Assembly (NCBI RefSeq): GCF_000017845.1
Contig: NC_010546.1
Span: 4,620,001 to 4,652,000 of the forward strand
Direction: 5' to 3'
Origin: Crocosphaera subtropica ATCC 51142
GTDB taxonomy: Bacteria; Cyanobacteriota; Cyanobacteriia; Cyanobacteriales; Microcystaceae
DNA length: 32,000 nucleotides
This document shows positions 28,180 to 32,000 of this stretch, piece after piece. The position numbers were made by a program, and so were the translations under genes. The notes under the pieces were generated by a model. It searched no databases and was not told where the DNA came from. It saw only the letters and a list, made by a program, of their open reading frames with translations. Within the stretch, counting starts at the first letter, position 1. Each line of letters opens with the position of its first letter.

Positions 28180-29187
28180 ATGTCCAGGAAACAATCGTCA
28201 CTCAATTCTTCTCATCACAATACCAATCACACCCAAGAATCTCAATGTCAGACTCCTGTGGTGACGGACAATAGTAAATGGCAACAGCTATGGGATAAAT
28301 TTATCTTAAAGGGATATCAAACTAGGGAGGAATCAAACGGAGAACAACCCCCCTCGTCACCGCCTAAAAAAATAGTTTATCTCAAACTATTACTGAAGTT
28401 CTTATCTAAATTTTCAAGAAAAAATAAGCATTATTTTGATCCTAAACAGTTACAGAAAGAAATCTTAGAAGATATCGGTCAGCAATTGCATGATGAGCGT
28501 CAAAAACAGGGGTTAAGTCTTGAGTTGATTTCTGAGGAAACTCGCATTTCTGTGGGTTTATTAGAAGCGATTGAAAAAGCGAAACTAGAAGAATTACCTG
28601 AAGCCATTTATACTCGTAGTTTTATTAAAAAATTTGCTGATTTTTTAGGGCTAGATGGAAAAGGTTTATCAGAAAGTTTTCCCCTAGATAGTAATCCTAA
28701 GTCCCAAGAATCTTCAAGATTTCGTTTTTTCTTTCCTGTCTTACAATTTCGTCCGTTACATCTTTATTTTTTGTATATTATTATTGTTGTTATTTCCGTT
28801 CAGAGTATTTCTAATAAATTGAAACGGGCTGCCACAGAAGGAGCGATCGAAGAATTACCTGTTCCTGTGGTGATTTCTCCCCCTCCTTCCCCCATAGAAA
28901 AACCAGTAATAGTAAAGGTTCATAGTAAAGGAAAATCAACCTTAAAAGTCATGGTAGATGGTAAAACCACTTTTGACGGAACATTAACCAAAGAAAGCCA
29001 AAAAACCTGGGAAGCCAATAAAAATATTACCCTCGAAGCTAGTAACGCCGGTTTAATTTTAGTCACATTTAATAACCAAAATGCGAAACGATTAGGTAAA
29101 TTAGGAGAAAACAAAAAAGTAACTTATTCTCTTCCTAATATTTCTAATAATTCAAGGGAACAGGAAAAAGTTAACCAGCAAGAGTAA
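28180..29187 (+). CDS. rodZ: RodZ-like protein (HTH domain, TM helix, DUF4115-type C-terminal domain)
   Basis: An XRE-type HTH (LGQQLHDERQKQGLSLELISEETRISVGLLEAIE), a single TM helix (LHLYFLYIIIVVISV), a Pro-rich linker and a C-terminal beta domain (LKVMVDGKTTFDGTL...LILVTFNNQ). The start lies 2 nt after the rluB stop. Confidence 0.7.
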   Translation: MSRKQSSLNSSHHNTNHTQESQCQTPVVTDNSKWQQLWDKFILKGYQTREESNGEQPPSSPPKKIVYLKLLLKFLSKFSRKNKHYFDPKQLQKEILEDIGQQLHDERQKQGLSLELISEETRISVGLLEAIEKAKLEELPEAIYTRSFIKKFADFLGLDGKGLSESFPLDSNPKSQESSRFRFFFPVLQFRPLHLYFLYIIIVVISVQSISNKLKRAATEGAIEELPVPVVISPPPSPIEKPVIVKVHSKGKSTLKVMVDGKTTFDGTLTKESQKTWEANKNITLEASNAGLILVTFNNQNAKRLGKLGENKKVTYSLPNISNNSREQEKVNQQE

Positions 29188-29189
29188 TT

Positions 29190-29281
29190 ATACCAAATCC
29201 GCTTATTTTAGTAGAGTAACTTTTTTCTCCCTTCTCCCTGCTTCGAGACTTGATACTATACTATCTAAAGCGGATCTCGTC
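29190..29281. mobile_element. MITE-like short repeat, copy C
   Basis: Begins 2 nt after the rodZ-like stop codon and fills most of the 105-bp gap to the convergent cytochrome gene. Near-identical to copy B. Confidence 0.75.
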
Positions 29282-29292
29282 TTATTAATTAT

Positions 29293-29853
29293 TTAAGGTG
29301 CATCTTCCCATTCTGCTGTCAAAGTACGATAATTAAAATCTTTTACCCCTGGATGACAAACAATACAATTTTTAGTGCTGATGGGTTCATCAAATTCAAC
29401 ACGAGGATGAAGAATTTTAAAATACTGAGATTGCTCAATATAATAAGGAACAGGGGCATCTTTGAGTAAAATAGGGCGAGAATTGCTTTTGAGGTAATCC
29501 CACATTAAGACTTGACTCAGACGAATCATATTAGGAACTGAGGTTCCATAGTGTTTCTGTGGGTTTTCTAGAAGTTCTTGCCAGGTTTCTGTGGGTAACA
29601 CTTCTGGAGGAATGGCAATATGACACCCCGAACAAGTAGACAGATAGATGTCTTTTCCTGCTTCAACCGTCGAACGATTTGGCCCAAGAGGCCCGATAGA
29701 TTGAGATTGTGCTAAGGTATGACTCGGTTTTGCTGCGAAGGCTTGGGTAAATGCTGAACCCACACTGACACACCATAAAAGAATCCCTAGAGAAATGACT
29801 AAATATAATAGATTTGATCGCTTAAAATGCAACAATTTTCGTAGTTTCAGCAT
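29293..29853 (-). CDS. Diheme c-type cytochrome (DHC-like), secreted or membrane-anchored
   Basis: N-terminal signal/anchor (LLYLVISLGILLWCVSVGSAFTQAFA) and two CxxCH heme-binding motifs (CSGCH, CIVCH). Confidence 0.7.
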   Translation of the reverse strand: MLKLRKLLHFKRSNLLYLVISLGILLWCVSVGSAFTQAFAAKPSHTLAQSQSIGPLGPNRSTVEAGKDIYLSTCSGCHIAIPPEVLPTETWQELLENPQKHYGTSVPNMIRLSQVLMWDYLKSNSRPILLKDAPVPYYIEQSQYFKILHPRVEFDEPISTKNCIVCHPGVKDFNYRTLTAEWEDAP

Positions 29854-29954
29854 ATTTTGTCAAAAATATCTTTATAAAATAATTATCTATTGGATAATTT
29901 TAATTTTATATGGTTTCCATTTTATTCAATTAAAACCCAGAAATCAACAGTTAA

Positions 29955-29975
29955 GGGTTTAGCATTGCTAAACCC
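29955..29975 (-). terminator. Candidate terminator hairpin downstream of shc
   Basis: A perfect 9-bp stem GGGTTTAGC / GCTAAACCC with a 3-nt loop. On the minus strand it is followed by UUAACUGUUGAUUUCUGGGUUUUAAUU, which is only moderately U-rich. Confidence 0.4.
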
Positions 29976-30049
29976 CTACAAGTCTTAACAAACCTAATAT
30001 TTTCTATCACTAATAGATAATTATTTATCCTCCTAGGGAAAAGAAAAAA

Positions 30050-31996
30050 TCATAATTCCGAATTCCGAATTCCGAACTCTGAACTCAGGTTTTGATAACG
30101 TCCCAATGCAATTAAAGGAAAATAATGACGATAGAAATGATAGCGGATATAGAAATGACAAGGAAAACCGGTGCCAGTAAATTCTGATTCTTCCCAAGTT
30201 CCTTCCTCGGTTTGGGTGTTTAATAAGTAGCTAATTCCCCGTTGAATACTATCAGTTTCAAAATGATTTAAGGCTTCTCCTGCATCTAATAACCCAATTA
30301 AAGCCCAGGCAGTTTGCGAGGCGGTACTAATGCCCTTTCCTTTGAGATTAGAATCGTTATAACTCCAGCAGGTTTCGCCCCAACCACCGTCCTTATTTTG
30401 ACAGCTTAATAACCAGTTAATTCCTTGTTCGATTTGGGGTTGATGTTTTTCGGGATTAATAACAGCTAAGGCAGATAAGACACCACTGGTTCCATAAATA
30501 TAATTTACGCCCCAACGACCAAACCAACTACCATCCTTTTCTTGTTCTTTGTATAAATAATTAAGGGCTTTGTTAAGGCGTTTACTTGATATTTCTAGGT
30601 CACAACTGCCCACCATTTCCACTACCCTAGCAGTGACATCGGCAGTATTCGGATCGATCATGGCTTTTAAGTCACCGTAAGGGACTTCGTTTAACCAAGC
30701 TTGATCATTATCTACATCAAAAGCAGCCCAACCGCCCTCTTTACATTGCATGGTTTCTATCCATTTGACACAACGATTAATGGCTGCTTGTTTACGGGCT
30801 TCATCAGGTAATTTTATGCCATTTAACGCCATAACAACCACCGCAGAATCATCAATATCTGGGTAGAAACGATTGGTAAATTCAAAAGCCCATCCACCGG
30901 GTTTTCCTGTTTTATTTTTAACCGCCCAGTCGCCATATTCAAGGCATTGTTTCTCTAATAACCATTTTCCTGCTTTTACTAAAGAAAAATGATCTTTCGG
31001 TAAACCTGAATTCGTCAAAGCTCGTACACACCAAGCTGTATCCCATACAGGAGAGACACAAGCTTGCACCCGATAAGTTTCATTTTCTTCGATAGAAAAG
31101 CGATCAATAGCTTCAAATCCTCGTTGAACAGAAGGGTCGTTAACATCATAATTTAACACCCGAAAGGCTAACAAAGAATTGACCATTGGGGGCATAATTC
31201 CTCCCCAATCTCCTGTTTCTTGTTGATGGTTTAACATCCATCTTTCTGCTGCTTGAAGTCCTTTTTTTCGGAAGGGAACTAAGTCAACTTGTTCAGCAAA
31301 TTTGAAGACCTTATCTAACCCTAAAAAGATGTCACCCCAATTATTATTTTTCGGTAATTCATACTTGACATTTTCGATCCCTTCTGCATATAATTCATCA
31401 AGATTGAAGATAGGATCGACGGCAAAAACTGGCTTATCGTTAAAGACAATAATTAAAGGGACAGTGCTTTCTCTTGCCCAACTTGCCATTTCATAAATAG
31501 TGAAAGGAAAACTATTAGGAAATAACATGATCCACGGGGGAATAGAAGGAATTCCTTTCCAGCTATAACAACCAATTAAAGCAAGGTGAAACTTAGTAAA
31601 AATTCGGGTTTTGCTAATACCCCCTTTACTAAGAATAAAGTCTTTGGCGCGAATTAAGGCCGGGTCATCTTGGGGAACGCCTAATAAACGCAGGGCCATA
31701 TAAGCTTCGACGGAGGTACTAATTTCTCCCCCGTCTCCATAGAAGAGTTCCCATCCTCCCTGTTCCCGTTGTTGTTGGCGTAAATACGCTTCAACTTTAT
31801 GAAGGGGACGGGTTTTATCGGTTCCCCATATTTTATGAAGTAAGACTGTTTCGGCTGTTAGAGTAATGTTAGACTCTAATTCTGCCCACCAGTAGCCTTG
31901 AGGATATTGTAGGGATAATAAATAATTTTGGCTGGCGGTGATGGCATCATTGAGGGATAAAGCGGGTTTTTGGGTTTGTCTGTCTCGCGTTTGCAT
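30050..31996 (-). CDS. shc: Squalene-hopene cyclase
   Basis: 648 aa with the DxDD catalytic motif (PDIDDSAVV) and at least six QW repeats (e.g. QQREQGGWELF, QQETGDWGG, QCKEGGWAAF, QEKDGSWFGRWG, QNKDGGWGE, QTEEGTWEE). The conserved ALGRY lies near the C-terminus. Confidence 0.95.
   Translation of the reverse strand: MQTRDRQTQKPALSLNDAITASQNYLLSLQYPQGYWWAELESNITLTAETVLLHKIWGTDKTRPLHKVEAYLRQQQREQGGWELFYGDGGEISTSVEAYMALRLLGVPQDDPALIRAKDFILSKGGISKTRIFTKFHLALIGCYSWKGIPSIPPWIMLFPNSFPFTIYEMASWARESTVPLIIVFNDKPVFAVDPIFNLDELYAEGIENVKYELPKNNNWGDIFLGLDKVFKFAEQVDLVPFRKKGLQAAERWMLNHQQETGDWGGIMPPMVNSLLAFRVLNYDVNDPSVQRGFEAIDRFSIEENETYRVQACVSPVWDTAWCVRALTNSGLPKDHFSLVKAGKWLLEKQCLEYGDWAVKNKTGKPGGWAFEFTNRFYPDIDDSAVVVMALNGIKLPDEARKQAAINRCVKWIETMQCKEGGWAAFDVDNDQAWLNEVPYGDLKAMIDPNTADVTARVVEMVGSCDLEISSKRLNKALNYLYKEQEKDGSWFGRWGVNYIYGTSGVLSALAVINPEKHQPQIEQGINWLLSCQNKDGGWGETCWSYNDSNLKGKGISTASQTAWALIGLLDAGEALNHFETDSIQRGISYLLNTQTEEGTWEESEFTGTGFPCHFYIRYHFYRHYFPLIALGRYQNLSSEFGIRNSEL
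30054..30090. repeat. Heptamer array of the GAGTTCG family overlapping the 3' end of shc
   Basis: On the minus strand: ACCTGAGTT CAGAGTT CGGAATT CGGAATT CGGAATT, i.e. 7-nt periodicity starting with the same ACCTGAGTTC motif as the copies near 2447/2530 and 21301. It encodes the shc C-terminal residues ..SSEFGIRNSEL and is immediately followed by the shc stop codon. Confidence 0.6.
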
Positions 31997-32000
31997 CGCT

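Noticed and set aside
27994-28194. 66-aa ORF antisense to the rluB 3' end
   Set aside because: It is nested antisense and Arg-rich, so an off-frame artefact.
28920-29114. 64-aa ORF antisense to the rodZ-like gene
   Set aside because: It is nested antisense with no supporting signals.
31302-31496. 64-aa ORF antisense to shc
   Set aside because: It is nested antisense in a confident gene.

Overview
The window looks like a chromosomal segment from an AT-rich cyanobacterium. The Cyanothece/Crocosphaera-like assignment is inference from gene content, protein sequences and the abundance of HIP1 (GCGATCGC).

Most of it is ordinary core genome:
- ilvB, and a divergent phylloquinone pair menA/menF.
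- The complete cyanobacterial atp1 operon: protein I, a, c, b', b, delta, alpha, gamma.
- A DegT-type sugar aminotransferase, an inositol-monophosphatase-family gene, rluB and a RodZ-like gene.
- A diheme cytochrome c and squalene-hopene cyclase.
- A run of small accessory-type enzymes and transporters: alpha/beta hydrolases, DUF1993, GNAT, VOC, MFS and a Xi-class GST.

I found no rRNA, tRNA, CRISPR array, transposase or recognisable multi-gene defence system, and I cannot point to a clear novel system.

The items I consider most worth a second look are:
1. A collapsed cyanoexosortase locus, where an N-terminal exosortase fragment overlaps a start-less +1 frame.
2. A 749-aa four-domain CBS / NeuB / SAF / xylose-isomerase-like TIM-barrel fusion.
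3. A C-terminal zinc-ribbon tail on acetolactate synthase.
4. A roughly 92-bp MITE-like element present three times.
5. A second dispersed family made of GAGTTCG-type heptamer arrays plus a conserved 53-nt core. One heptamer array supplies the last codons of shc.
6. A 52-aa PirA-like small ORF.
7. A phage Gp157-like gene truncated by the left edge of the window.

All functional calls come from motif recognition by eye. No database search was run.
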